Positions 41,865-51,273 are shown, counted from the stretch's first letter. The stretch: DNA of 64,000 bases from Kiritimatiellia bacterium (GCA_044346855.1 JBIIYJ010000002.1:1089-65088); one strand, 5' to 3'. Numbers and translations: made by a program. The notes: a model not told the origin generated them from the letters alone.

Positions 41865-42605
41865 TTACAGCGGCGGCATATAATGCGTTAGAACGAAGTT
41901 GTCGAAATACATGTCGTCGTCGAACTGAAGCCAGAATCCTTCCGATTCGGCCAGTAGGGCGGACTTGATCGAGACTGAGTTGAACGGGACGCTCCAGAGC
42001 GTGTTCAGCCTGATGTTGAAAGGCAGCCGGGTCCAGACGGTATCCCGCGGCCGCCGCCAAAAGAAAGTCGTTTTGTCTGTCAGGCAACTATACCGGAGCT
42101 TCAGGTAGAGGTTGCGAGTGCCCGCCGGAAAGGTGAATCGCCGAACGCCGCCGCTGCCGCCCGACCCGCCATAGCTGACGAACAGGGTCCTGAGAAGGGG
42201 CGTCATTTCGACGGCAAAGTTGACGGAGTTCACCGCATTCGCGGGGTCGGTCCATAACAAGCCAAGGCGGATCACGGCGCCCGGCTCGGAAGACGGGTAA
42301 ACCGGCAGGCTGATCAAGGCGGTGGTTTCCAATACATCGGCATCGACCAGGACACGGGCGGCTTTCAAGCGCCACAGGGCAAATGTGCTGTCAAGCAGAT
42401 CCTCATCGCCGGTCGAGAAATAGAGACGCTGATTGACCTCCAGGAGCTGGGTCGATGGGTCGAAGGCGCTTTTCTGCCAAAGCAATCTGTTCCGGATTCC
42501 ATCGTTGAAGTCATCGGACACCACCGTGGCGGGAGCCCCGCCTTTTTCCTGGGCGAATCCGGAAAACGCTACAAGTACCGCCAGACAGGCAATCCACCAT
42601 TTCAT
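41865..42605 (-). CDS. Secreted hypothetical protein (possible jelly-roll/LamG-like), lower GC
   Basis: Start at MKWWIACLAVLVAFSGFAQE (signal peptide). Beta-rich and W/F/Y/D-rich. No family recognised. Confidence 0.6.
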   Translation of the reverse strand: MKWWIACLAVLVAFSGFAQEKGGAPATVVSDDFNDGIRNRLLWQKSAFDPSTQLLEVNQRLYFSTGDEDLLDSTFALWRLKAARVLVDADVLETTALISLPVYPSSEPGAVIRLGLLWTDPANAVNSVNFAVEMTPLLRTLFVSYGGSGGSGGVRRFTFPAGTRNLYLKLRYSCLTDKTTFFWRRPRDTVWTRLPFNIRLNTLWSVPFNSVSIKSALLAESEGFWLQFDDDMYFDNFVLTHYMPPL

Positions 42606-42772
42606 TGAAACACCTTTCTTTAAAAAACATATTATAATACAGTCATAATCTTGTGGCAATCAGGAAGAAAGCGAACCTGCGATTTTAATAGCCAACGCGT
42701 GTGGCCCGTGTCACTTATTGACGATTGCGTCGCCGGCGGCCTGCCTGCTATAATGATGACACTTTTCAGCGT

Positions 42773-42849
42773 GCCCCCGTAGCTCAGCTGGACAGAGCAT
42801 CGGATTTCTAATCCGACGGTCGCGTGTTCGAGCCACGCCGGGGGTGCCA
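42773..42849 (+). tRNA. tRNA-Arg (anticodon TCT), CCA encoded
   Basis: Manual cloverleaf: acceptor GCCCCCG/CGGGGGT; D arm GCTC-AGCTGGACA-GAGC; anticodon arm TCGGA-TTTCTAA-TCCGA (TCT); variable CGGTC; T arm GCGTG-TTCGAGC-CACGC; discriminator G plus CCA. A TATAAT box sits at 42749-42754, 18 nt upstream. Confidence 0.9.
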
Positions 42850-43039
42850 TGCAGCAGAGTTTCGCCTCAGACGCCCTTCACCCGCAAATCATGATCCTTG
42901 CTGTCGAGGCGAAACACGCTGCATGGCTACCGGGCACCGTGGTTTGACGAGTCTTCGAGGCAAAGCTCTGGTGCCCGGTGCCAGCTGCAACTGCGGAGAA
43001 AATGCTCATGCACATTTCCCCCTTGCTTCTCATCACCAC

Positions 43040-43282
43040 TCCATCACGACCACAACACCGTGATCCGGACAACAAAGGAGGACGGCTCTCTAGTGCCCCG
43101 GCCGAAACACCTCCACTGCCCCGCGCCGTCCTTTTGTTCTCTTGCACTGCGAATTTTATCTCGCCCAGGAGGATGCCGAACGGCGGGAAACCTACCTCAA
43201 AACGGCCAAAGGCCGGCGCACATTGCGGCTGATGTTGGAAGAATCCCTGATGGCTTGCCGGTCACCGGGCACCCGTGCGTAG
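43040..43282 (+). pseudogene. Decayed small GIY-YIG nuclease-family gene
   Basis: The frame ending at TAG 43280-43282 reads ...GRNTSTAPRRPFVLLHCEFYLAQEDAERRETYLKTAKGRRTLRLMLEESL. This matches the C-terminal half of the about 90-aa GIY-YIG proteins (...STAHRRP..L.YYEAY....A..RE.YLK...G.R.L...L). An in-frame TAG lies at 43091 and TGA at 43061. The N-terminal-like VIRTTKEDGSL is in another frame. Confidence 0.5.
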
Positions 43283-43416
43283 CACGGTGCCCGGCGCAGC
43301 CGTGATCCGAGCTTCGAGGATCTCGGGTACCCGGTGCCAGTCACCGTGATTGGCCCGAGTCTTCAAGGGACAGTCTCCGCTACAGAAGTATCCGTCACGC
43401 AGGCGTGCGGGGCCCG

Positions 43417-44232
43417 TTAAAGAATGGACCAAGGCGTCGGTTCCTCGAAAAAGCGAACCGGCAGTTCCGGAAACTGCGCACGGATCCGGTCTGCCAGCCG
43501 GCGCAAGCCGGGCTGCTCGGTCGAGTGGTGAAAAGCGTCGAGCACAGCCATTCCGCACTCGGTCGCCATCTTGGCGCATGCGTGGATCATGTCGCCCACA
43601 AGGACGGTGTCGCAGCCGAGGTTCCCGTACTGCGCAACCTTCCCCCACCCTTGGCCGCTGCCGCCGGGCGCGATCCCAATGCGGCGCGCCAGGTGGTCGG
43701 GTCCCGGCGATGCGACACGCACGAACGGGATCTCCAGCCGAGCCTTCAGGCGCCCGGCCAGGGCCTCCACCGGCACAGGATCGATCTCGACGATCCGCAG
43801 GCAGCGTTCCGCCAACACCACCCGATCCGCCCACCCCATCTCCTCGATGAAAGCCGCCGGAATCCCCCACGGGGCCAGATCGATGTTCCAGTGATGCCGG
43901 TGAATGACCAGGTTATGCATGACCGCCAGGCGCATCCGCTCGCGGTTGGCCGGCACGAGCATCGTTTCTGGAAACGGCGACCGGTGCGGAAGCAGGGGAA
44001 GTTTGGTTATCTCCAGGATCGGGTCCTCATGGCTGACAATAAAATTCAATCCCTCGCCGGCCGCGCGCCTGAAAATGTCGGGGCCGGGCCACCAGGCGAC
44101 GGCCACGCCGGTACAGGGCGTTTGGGGATCGCCCCAGGCATACACGTTTTCCGTGTCATGGTAGGCCTTGGGATCCGGCGCGATGGAGAAAATGAACCGG
44201 TTGACATCATCGCAGGTGATCGTGGAATACAT
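43417..44232 (-). CDS. NIF3-family (dinuclear metal centre) protein
   Basis: Start at MYSTITCDDV (residue 101 of the track ORF). GLNFIVSHEDPIL and DTVLVGDMIHACAKMATECGMAVLDAFHHSTEQPGL resemble NIF3 motifs (..HHP.., DAGHY.TE). Confidence 0.65.
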   Translation of the reverse strand: MYSTITCDDVNRFIFSIAPDPKAYHDTENVYAWGDPQTPCTGVAVAWWPGPDIFRRAAGEGLNFIVSHEDPILEITKLPLLPHRSPFPETMLVPANRERMRLAVMHNLVIHRHHWNIDLAPWGIPAAFIEEMGWADRVVLAERCLRIVEIDPVPVEALAGRLKARLEIPFVRVASPGPDHLARRIGIAPGGSGQGWGKVAQYGNLGCDTVLVGDMIHACAKMATECGMAVLDAFHHSTEQPGLRRLADRIRAQFPELPVRFFEEPTPWSIL

Positions 44233-44246
44233 GAAGGGCTTTTCCT

Positions 44247-47200
44247 TTAATCGGCCGGCAGAGCAGGCGGATTCGTGGGCGCCAGCCCCGCCGCATCCGC
44301 CGCCGCCCCCGCGTAGCACCAGGCGCGAAGGCCCGCCAAGGCGGACTGTGTCAATCCGACCGCCGCTGGCCGGGCACCCGGGACGGCTTTTTCCACGGCC
44401 TCGGCATATTTCGTCTCGCCCGTTTCCAGGTAAAGCGCCGCGAGCGCATCCACCCCGCCCAAACGGGGATGGTTTGAATACACATCCTTCTTCTGCGGGT
44501 TGAGCGACCAGGCTTTCCACAACTCCTTGCATTGCGGATTAAGCTGGGAATACCACAGCACCATACGGTCCCCATGGTTTCCGAGCCACCAGTCATTTTT
44601 CTCCGGGAAACAAAGCGTGTTCCATATCCGGTCGGCCTGCTCCTTGTAGAAGGGGTTCTGCGTCTCCAGATACATGCGCGAGAGGCCCGCGCACGGATTG
44701 GAAATGTAGCGCCACTGGCCGCTGGTCACCTTCGCCATGGCACCGGCCATGCGTTCGGCGGCCTCCCAGGCGGGCCGGTAGCCGGTGGCGTGATAGAAAT
44801 CCACGAACGGATCGAGCATGGAGTGGCCGTAATCCCCGCCGCTGAGCCAGATGCATTCATGGTGCCGGCGGCTGAGCCCCACGTAGCGCGGCCAGACGGG
44901 GTTCCATCGGATCGTTCCAACCTCCATCAGGTGGCGCGTGTTGCTCTCGGCGAATTTCAGGTACTTGCGGTCGCCGCTGCGCAGGAAGCAGAGCCAGGGG
45001 GCGTCCGCGATGTCTTCCTCGTTGAGAATCCAGCCATAACGCCCGAATTCCGCCCAGCGGTATTCCGCCGCGCGCCAAAGGTTCGGGATTCCGCCATATT
45101 CCCATTCGCCATACCAGCCGAAGAGTTCGCGTTGCGCCTGAAAGAAATCGACCGTGTCAGAGATGACCCGCTCGAGTTTCGGCCGGCTGCCCGGATCATA
45201 CGGCGCCAGGTGAAGCATGGCCCGCGTGGAGGTCAGGTAGCGGGGTGGCGTGACCGCCACCACCGGCTCCCCGTGCAGCCGCTCGAAGTCGGTGACGGCC
45301 GAGGTGGCGGACAGGTCGACCACGATCTCATGCGCACGGCTCAGGCCCACGGCAATCGCCTCGGCCGAGGAACTGGAGGGGATCCAGCCGTCTTCGCGGG
45401 GCAGGAAACTCATCGCGCCCGCCTCGTCCGGCCAATAGGAGAACGTCACCGTTCCGGCGGCGGCGTCCGCCTCCAACTTCTTCGGCGCCATCCTCCAGAA
45501 ATCGCGGAGATAGACCGCCTGGGCCGGCCGGCCCTTGCCGGCCAACGCCACAGCGCCGATGGCCCGGCCGCCTGTCGAAGCGGCACCGTCAACCGTCAAT
45601 GAGACGCCATCCGAGTTGCGCTGGAACAGGCTGATCTGCCTGCCCGAAATCGGGCGGCCGTCCAGTTCCACAGAGGCCGTTTCGAACCTGTTCGTCGGCA
45701 GCCGCACGCGCAGCCCGTAGCTGCCCAGCGATTCCTTCCACGGATCGCCGGCATAGGTGACGGTGTGCAGGATCTTGACGAAGGACTGGCCTCGGTAGCA
45801 CTCCAGCCGCAACTCGCCCATACAAACCGGCCTGCCCGCCGCATTCACGTACCAGCCCGTGGCCTTGAGAGCCGCGCGCAGCGGCCCGTTTTCCGCCAGT
45901 TCATACCCGGCCCCTTCCCCCGACAGGCGGAAGTGGTAGCGGACTCCCGCACTGTCCGCCCACCACAGGTCCTCCGGCCCGAACAGGCCGAACAGCTTCG
46001 CGTCGTCCGCCCCGTAGGAAACGCCGTTTATCAGGAACGCGCCGTCCTTGGGCGTGGCCAGCGGGGGCTCCACAATCACGGAGCCCGCGTCGGCTCCGCC
46101 CCTGAGCGTGAAAAAGCTGAAGCCGTTGGAAGGCGCCGTCGCCGGAAAATCCACGAGGAGCCACTTCAGGCTGCCGTCGAGCCAGGTGGCCATGGGCGCC
46201 GTCTGGATCGGCACGCCCTTGCCGTCCGGTCCGGCCAGCCTGAACACGGCGTTCGTCCGGACCGCGCCCGGCGCAAACGGCACGCCGCACCGAGCCGGCC
46301 AGCCCGCGCGGGCCAGACCGCCGCCCTCCTCCACGCCGATCAGCGCGGCCACGCCTCCCTTCTCCGCAACCGGCAGTTCCACCGTTCGCAGGGCGGTCAC
46401 GAACGGACGTTCCACCAGAGGCGCGGCCGCCTTGTCGGCCGCCTGCTTCTCGAATGCCGGCCGGGCTTTCCCGACCAGTCGGCGGCTTTCGGAGTAGACG
46501 TGGATCGGATCCCGCTCCCCGTCCACGTATCCCTCCAGGACGAACCGGTGCCAGCCATCCGCGAGATCGCCGATCGCCACATCGTCCCGCACGTCCACTT
46601 CGCGGGCCCTGGCGGGATCGAGCGTATAGCGTTGTTCCCACTCGCGCACGGGCCGGTCAAGGGCATCAAAGATCCGCAGCCTGAAGACGACCTTCATCGG
46701 TTTCTTCATGCCGTCGAACAGCCGGGCGTAATAGCGGCAACGGATCGCCTGGGCCTGGTCGCCCGCGACGGCCATCATGGCGTCCAGAAACCCCCAGTCG
46801 CGCAGCGCGAACCGGTCGCGCCGGCGATGGCTGAAGTCGAACCGGTTCTCGCCGGGCTTCTTATTGAGGCCGCTCGGGGGATCGCCCGGGGTCATCGTAT
46901 AGGGCCCGATCGACTCCAGGTTCGGCTTGACCGCCGCCAGGAACCGCCGCGCGCGATCCTTCTCGGCGGCGTCGCTCAGGACGCCTAGCGGCAGGGATTC
47001 AGGCGCGTCCGCGGCCGTGAAGGGGGTGACGGTGGACTCATATTCCACCGACGCTCCCGGCTGGGCCAGGATCGGCTGGGGATACGGTTCCGCCACGAAG
47101 GCGCCGCGCGCCGCCGTTTTGCCGTTTGGCTTATAATCGGTCCAGGTCATGTGCAGGCTGGACTGTTCCTTCTTGAAGGTCATCCACAGCCCCACGCCGC

Positions 47201-47846
47201 TCTTGTAATTGGCTGCCATCCAGTAGCCGTCGGCGGTGATCATCTGGTGATCCCAGCCGGACCCGATGAATACCTTCCTCGCCTCCCCGCCGGGGCCGGC
47301 CGAAACGACACAGGAATTCGAGGCCAGCCTATCGTCGAGGGTCGAGTAGGTGTGCCAACGGATCTGCAGCCGCCGTGGCGTGTCGCCGATATTGGTGATT
47401 TTCACCCGGGTCGCCAGTTCGGGGCTTCCGTCCGCCAGGCGCATCTCCCGTTCGAACCGCTGGCCTTCCGCCTCGCAACTGACGACGATGGACTTCCCTT
47501 CAGGACGGTCCCGGAACTCGCCCTTATACGGCAGGCCGTAGACCCCTTTCCCGAACTGGTCCAGAGCCTCCAGCGCGTAATAGTCCTTCCACCCCCCGCC
47601 CAGTTTCCCGGCCAGCACATTGCTGCCCCCGTAGACGAACTCCGTGCCGCTCGCCTTGTGGACGAACGACACCACCGTACCGCCGGGATCGGGCGCGACT
47701 GCCAGGCGGACCTGGTCGTTTTCAAGAACCATGAGTCGTCGGACGCCGGCGGTTTCTTCGCGGGCCGTGACGGCCGCCCTGGAGGCCGGCGCCAGCAGGC
47801 AGACGGCGGTCAGGCTCATCATGGACAGGATGGTGCGGACAGTCAT
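44247..47846 (-). CDS. Very large secreted protein (1,199 aa), putative glycan-degrading enzyme, paralogue of 51270..54716
   Basis: Signal peptide MTVRTILSMMSLTAVCLLAPASRAA. Blocks shared with the other giant include CGVPFAPGAV...VPIQ...WLDGSLKWLLVDF, LRAALKATGWYV, YLRDFWRMAPKKLE and TVTFSYWPDE. The family was not determinable by eye. Confidence 0.8.
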   Translation of the reverse strand: MTVRTILSMMSLTAVCLLAPASRAAVTAREETAGVRRLMVLENDQVRLAVAPDPGGTVVSFVHKASGTEFVYGGSNVLAGKLGGGWKDYYALEALDQFGKGVYGLPYKGEFRDRPEGKSIVVSCEAEGQRFEREMRLADGSPELATRVKITNIGDTPRRLQIRWHTYSTLDDRLASNSCVVSAGPGGEARKVFIGSGWDHQMITADGYWMAANYKSGVGLWMTFKKEQSSLHMTWTDYKPNGKTAARGAFVAEPYPQPILAQPGASVEYESTVTPFTAADAPESLPLGVLSDAAEKDRARRFLAAVKPNLESIGPYTMTPGDPPSGLNKKPGENRFDFSHRRRDRFALRDWGFLDAMMAVAGDQAQAIRCRYYARLFDGMKKPMKVVFRLRIFDALDRPVREWEQRYTLDPARAREVDVRDDVAIGDLADGWHRFVLEGYVDGERDPIHVYSESRRLVGKARPAFEKQAADKAAAPLVERPFVTALRTVELPVAEKGGVAALIGVEEGGGLARAGWPARCGVPFAPGAVRTNAVFRLAGPDGKGVPIQTAPMATWLDGSLKWLLVDFPATAPSNGFSFFTLRGGADAGSVIVEPPLATPKDGAFLINGVSYGADDAKLFGLFGPEDLWWADSAGVRYHFRLSGEGAGYELAENGPLRAALKATGWYVNAAGRPVCMGELRLECYRGQSFVKILHTVTYAGDPWKESLGSYGLRVRLPTNRFETASVELDGRPISGRQISLFQRNSDGVSLTVDGAASTGGRAIGAVALAGKGRPAQAVYLRDFWRMAPKKLEADAAAGTVTFSYWPDEAGAMSFLPREDGWIPSSSSAEAIAVGLSRAHEIVVDLSATSAVTDFERLHGEPVVAVTPPRYLTSTRAMLHLAPYDPGSRPKLERVISDTVDFFQAQRELFGWYGEWEYGGIPNLWRAAEYRWAEFGRYGWILNEEDIADAPWLCFLRSGDRKYLKFAESNTRHLMEVGTIRWNPVWPRYVGLSRRHHECIWLSGGDYGHSMLDPFVDFYHATGYRPAWEAAERMAGAMAKVTSGQWRYISNPCAGLSRMYLETQNPFYKEQADRIWNTLCFPEKNDWWLGNHGDRMVLWYSQLNPQCKELWKAWSLNPQKKDVYSNHPRLGGVDALAALYLETGETKYAEAVEKAVPGARPAAVGLTQSALAGLRAWCYAGAAADAAGLAPTNPPALPAD

Positions 47847-47879
47847 ACCGGTCTTCCTACCACGGCAGGGTCCGCGCGT

Positions 47880-49631
47880 TTATCGCACCATGAGGAGGGT
47901 GCCCCTGGATCGAACCTCGGACGAGACGCGAAACGCCGTTCGCCCCCCGGCTAGTGTCACCACGGCCGCGGACCACTTGACTCCGTCCGCGGCCGGGGGC
48001 AGCGTGATTGTGGCGCCGTTGGTGGAGATGCTGCTGCCCGTCACCACGTCGTAGGTGCTGACACCCGACGAGGGCTTGAACCCGGAGAGCGCGGCGATCT
48101 TGATCGCGCCGCCCGAAATCACCACTCTGTTCGTCACCGACAACACGTCATAACCGCTGCCGGGCGTGGTCCCGCCAATGTCGAGTTCAAGAACCCCCAG
48201 GCTTTGCGTATAGCTGCCGCCGATGCCAAGAACCCCCGCCGCCAAGGCATTGCCCGGACGATTTGTGGCAGTCGCATAGTTCATATCCACGCTGTTGACG
48301 ATCGTGCCCGAACCCAGAAGCAAGCCTTGAACGACAACCGTCGCCCCGTTACTAACCGTGCCCAAATCCAGAATTAGAGTGCCCGTAGTCAGCACCGCCA
48401 GATCGTTTGCGGAATTTCCCCTTTGAACCAGCAGGCCCCCGTCGGCCACTCTCATCACCGCCGATTTTTTTCCTGTCATACTCGAAAAACCGCCGCCCAC
48501 GCGAATCCGCGCAATCGACAGTCTGGAATTGGGGCCGGTAATCTCGATCCGGGCCTTTGCCGTCTGATTATTGGGAAATGAAACTGTGGGGGTCGTTTTC
48601 GTCAACGAAAGAACCCCTCCGTTGGTAATGATCAGCGTGGCCGTGCCGGCATCGCCCACGGTGAAGTTGCCGGAGGCTGTAACCACCGACGCGTCCACGG
48701 TGCAGGAACAGGGGGACGCTCCATATAAATCGATGATCAAGTCCCCGGTGCAGGTTATCGTGCTGTTCTTGAACTGGGCTGCAACTGTTTTGAGCGACAA
48801 CGCTTTCACGCTAAACGATGCATCGTCCACCCTGAGTTGGGTTCCGGCCCCCCCTTCGCAATAAAGCGAGTCGAACGTCGCCGTCGCCTTATCAAGCACG
48901 TAAAACCGGGCATTCCGCCCCCTGAAATAGGTTGTTGCATTCGTCAGCGTCACGGAAGAATTGGTCCCCGTGACGACCAGCACGCCGCCGATTTGCGTAT
49001 CGGAGGAGTCGCCCATGCTGATCGCGTGACAGTCGTAGGGGGTGCTGGGATACCGCAGGTTATACCCGCCGTTGCTGGCGCTGGCGGTCAGTCTGGCGCC
49101 ATTAGACACGGTCAGGTAACACTCGCCGCGATTTCCATTCAGCATAAAATAATCCTTCACGGTCCATGTCGTGTTTGTGCCCGTCAGCGCGATTCGAGCC
49201 AGGGTGCCGTAGCCGTCTCCTCCATAAACCTGGCCGCAAACGAACGCGCCGCGGGAGATCAGCAGATCGCCGTAATCGTCGTTATCATTGGTTGCGTAAA
49301 GGAAATTACCGGCGTCGTAACTGGCGACGCCACCGGAATCGCCGATATCGAACTCGACTTTATCGTTCCTGAATTGCAGCCTTTTTGTCTTGTTCGTGAC
49401 CGAACTGTCGCCGCTGAATGTGACCGTGTAACGCGCCGGTCGATTGTTCAGGAACAGCGCAAAATCATTGGTCCCCGGCGGTCCGGCAGGATTCCAGTTG
49501 CCGGCCCCGTCGAACCGTCCGCCGGCGATATTGGTCCAACTATACGTGGATGCGTCCAAAGCCGCAGGCGCGAAAAGCACCGCCAGCAAGCCGATCCCGA
49601 AAAGAAGGCGCCACTTGCTTCCCGTTTTCAT
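47880..49631 (-). CDS. Secreted beta-helix / autotransporter-passenger-like repeat surface protein
   Basis: Start at MKTGSKWRLLFGIGLLAVLFAPAALDA. Composition is G/T/S/N-rich and beta-strand periodic. N-terminal module is TYSWTNIAGGRFDGAGNWNPAGPPGTNDFALF. Lower GC than neighbours. It ends ...RSRGTLLMVR. Confidence 0.75.
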   Translation of the reverse strand: MKTGSKWRLLFGIGLLAVLFAPAALDASTYSWTNIAGGRFDGAGNWNPAGPPGTNDFALFLNNRPARYTVTFSGDSSVTNKTKRLQFRNDKVEFDIGDSGGVASYDAGNFLYATNDNDDYGDLLISRGAFVCGQVYGGDGYGTLARIALTGTNTTWTVKDYFMLNGNRGECYLTVSNGARLTASASNGGYNLRYPSTPYDCHAISMGDSSDTQIGGVLVVTGTNSSVTLTNATTYFRGRNARFYVLDKATATFDSLYCEGGAGTQLRVDDASFSVKALSLKTVAAQFKNSTITCTGDLIIDLYGASPCSCTVDASVVTASGNFTVGDAGTATLIITNGGVLSLTKTTPTVSFPNNQTAKARIEITGPNSRLSIARIRVGGGFSSMTGKKSAVMRVADGGLLVQRGNSANDLAVLTTGTLILDLGTVSNGATVVVQGLLLGSGTIVNSVDMNYATATNRPGNALAAGVLGIGGSYTQSLGVLELDIGGTTPGSGYDVLSVTNRVVISGGAIKIAALSGFKPSSGVSTYDVVTGSSISTNGATITLPPAADGVKWSAAVVTLAGGRTAFRVSSEVRSRGTLLMVR

Positions 49632-49744
49632 TCTCCCCTCCGCCATGCGTATCGTGATGGACAAAAAGGCGATAGTCGTGTATTTTGTTAATCGTTTAAG
49701 TGCTTTTTATCAATTTTCCGGAGAATTGTCAAGAGAGACGGAAC

Positions 49745-50773
49745 ATGGCCATTACACTAGCCGATGTGGCCCGCAAGGCCTGTGTTTCCACGGCGGCGGT
49801 TTCCAACGCACTCCGCAAAAATGCCCGGGACGCCTGCGTGCGCGAGTCCACCCACGCCCGCATTCTTGCCGCCGCGAAAGAGCTTCGCTACCAGCCCAAC
49901 CCTTTCGCCGCCTCCCTCCGCACCCGCCGCACTCGCACCCTCGCCCTCTTCCTGCCGGGCGATATCCGCGCCTTTTTCTACCACCCAAACAACGCCCTTC
50001 GCTTCGGCAGCCTCGTGGCCCACATCGCCTCCCTCGGCTACCGGATCACCCTGCTCGACCAGAAGTGGGCCTTCCCGCCCGACCCCCGTTTGGTGGACGG
50101 GTGCCTCTTCCTGGGGTGGATTGCCGAAAACCACCTGGCCGAAGTGGAGCGGCTCGCGGCGCAGATACCCGTTCTCTGCGCCTTGCAACCCGTCTCCCGC
50201 GCCATCCGGTTGAACCAGGACGAAAGCAATTCGCGCCGCGTAGGCGCCCGGTTGGCCGCCGTTTACCTCTACGGCCTCGGCCACCGCCGAATCGCCATCG
50301 TCGACATCCGCCAGCACGACGGGTCGGTCAGCCGTACCCGCCTCTCCGTCTTTGAGTCCCTTGCCCGCCAGCGCCGCCTCGTCGTTCGCCTTTCCCACTT
50401 CGGCGAGCGCTGGGAGGAACGGCTCTACCCGTCTTGCGAGGCCATCCTGGCTCTCAAACCCCTCCCCACCGCCGTCGTGGCTCTCGACGACGACCATGCG
50501 CGCGTCCTCATCGATCACCTGACCCTCACCGGACAGCGTGTCCCGCGCCACGTGTCCGTGTTCAGCGGCGACAGCACGCCGGGCGGCTTCCAGAGTGTCC
50601 CGCCCCTGACGGGGATCCAATATGGCCGCGACGCCGCCCATCGCCTGCTGGTCGAGCAATTCATCGAGATCGTGGAAGCGCGCTCGTCCGCCGACAAAAT
50701 CGTGTTGCCTCCTCCCGCCGTGCAGTTGGTGGAGGGCCAGTCCTGCCGCGCATGGAAAGGAAAACTGCCGTGA
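49745..50773 (+). CDS. LacI-family transcriptional regulator
   Basis: The ATG at 49745 gives MAITLADVARKACVSTAAVSNALRKN...RILAAAKELRYQPN (HTH_LacI), followed by a periplasmic-binding-fold-like sensor domain. Confidence 0.9.
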   Translation: MAITLADVARKACVSTAAVSNALRKNARDACVRESTHARILAAAKELRYQPNPFAASLRTRRTRTLALFLPGDIRAFFYHPNNALRFGSLVAHIASLGYRITLLDQKWAFPPDPRLVDGCLFLGWIAENHLAEVERLAAQIPVLCALQPVSRAIRLNQDESNSRRVGARLAAVYLYGLGHRRIAIVDIRQHDGSVSRTRLSVFESLARQRRLVVRLSHFGERWEERLYPSCEAILALKPLPTAVVALDDDHARVLIDHLTLTGQRVPRHVSVFSGDSTPGGFQSVPPLTGIQYGRDAAHRLLVEQFIEIVEARSSADKIVLPPPAVQLVEGQSCRAWKGKLP

Positions 50774-51273
50774 AAATCCCGCTCTTTTTCGCCGCCGTCC
50801 TGCTGGCCGCAGCCTCCTCGGCCGGGCAGGCCGTTCCGCCCGCGCCGCGCAACCCGCCCAAGCCTGTGGCCTTCGATCTCTACGTCCGCGAACCGGCCGA
50901 CCAGGCCTGGCATCTCTACTTTGTCGGCAAGGTGCCGGTCCACGCCTGGGCCGGCGCCGCCATGATCGTCCACGACGCCTCCGGCCGCATCCTCCGCCGC
51001 GAAGTCATTCCCCGCGGTGAATACGCGGAGGACAACCCGCGGGTCATCACGATTCCCGCCGACTCCCGCACCGGCGACTACCGGATTGTCATGGTCGGCC
51101 ACCAGATCCAGTTCATCGGCGTCTGCGGCCGGGTCTGGTCAGACCTCCCCTTCGAAACCGTCCGCGTCTCCACCAACGACGCCGACCACGCCTACGTCTC
51201 CGATCACCCGGAACGGTGGTTCCGGCCGGACCCCAAGCTGCCCGCCGCACCGTTCTGGAAGGAGGCGCCATGA
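50752..51273 (+). CDS. Small secreted protein homologous to the C-terminal domain of the downstream giant
   Basis: Start at ATG 50752 or GTG 50770, overlapping the LacI stop. Signal peptide KIPLFFAAVLLAAASSAGQA. ITIPADSRTGDYRIVMVG and VSDHPERWFRPDPK parallel IRVPPDGLTGDYTITVPR and VSPEKWFVPDRLK of the giant. Confidence 0.6.
   Translation: MERKTAVKIPLFFAAVLLAAASSAGQAVPPAPRNPPKPVAFDLYVREPADQAWHLYFVGKVPVHAWAGAAMIVHDASGRILRREVIPRGEYAEDNPRVITIPADSRTGDYRIVMVGHQIQFIGVCGRVWSDLPFETVRVSTNDADHAYVSDHPERWFRPDPKLPAAPFWKEAP

Noticed and set aside
42718-42754. Full sigma70 promoter TTGACG...TATAAT for the tRNA
   Set aside because: The -10 box (42749-42754) is perfect, but the spacer to TTGACG is 25 nt, too long for a canonical promoter. 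Only the -10 is noted in the tRNA evidence.
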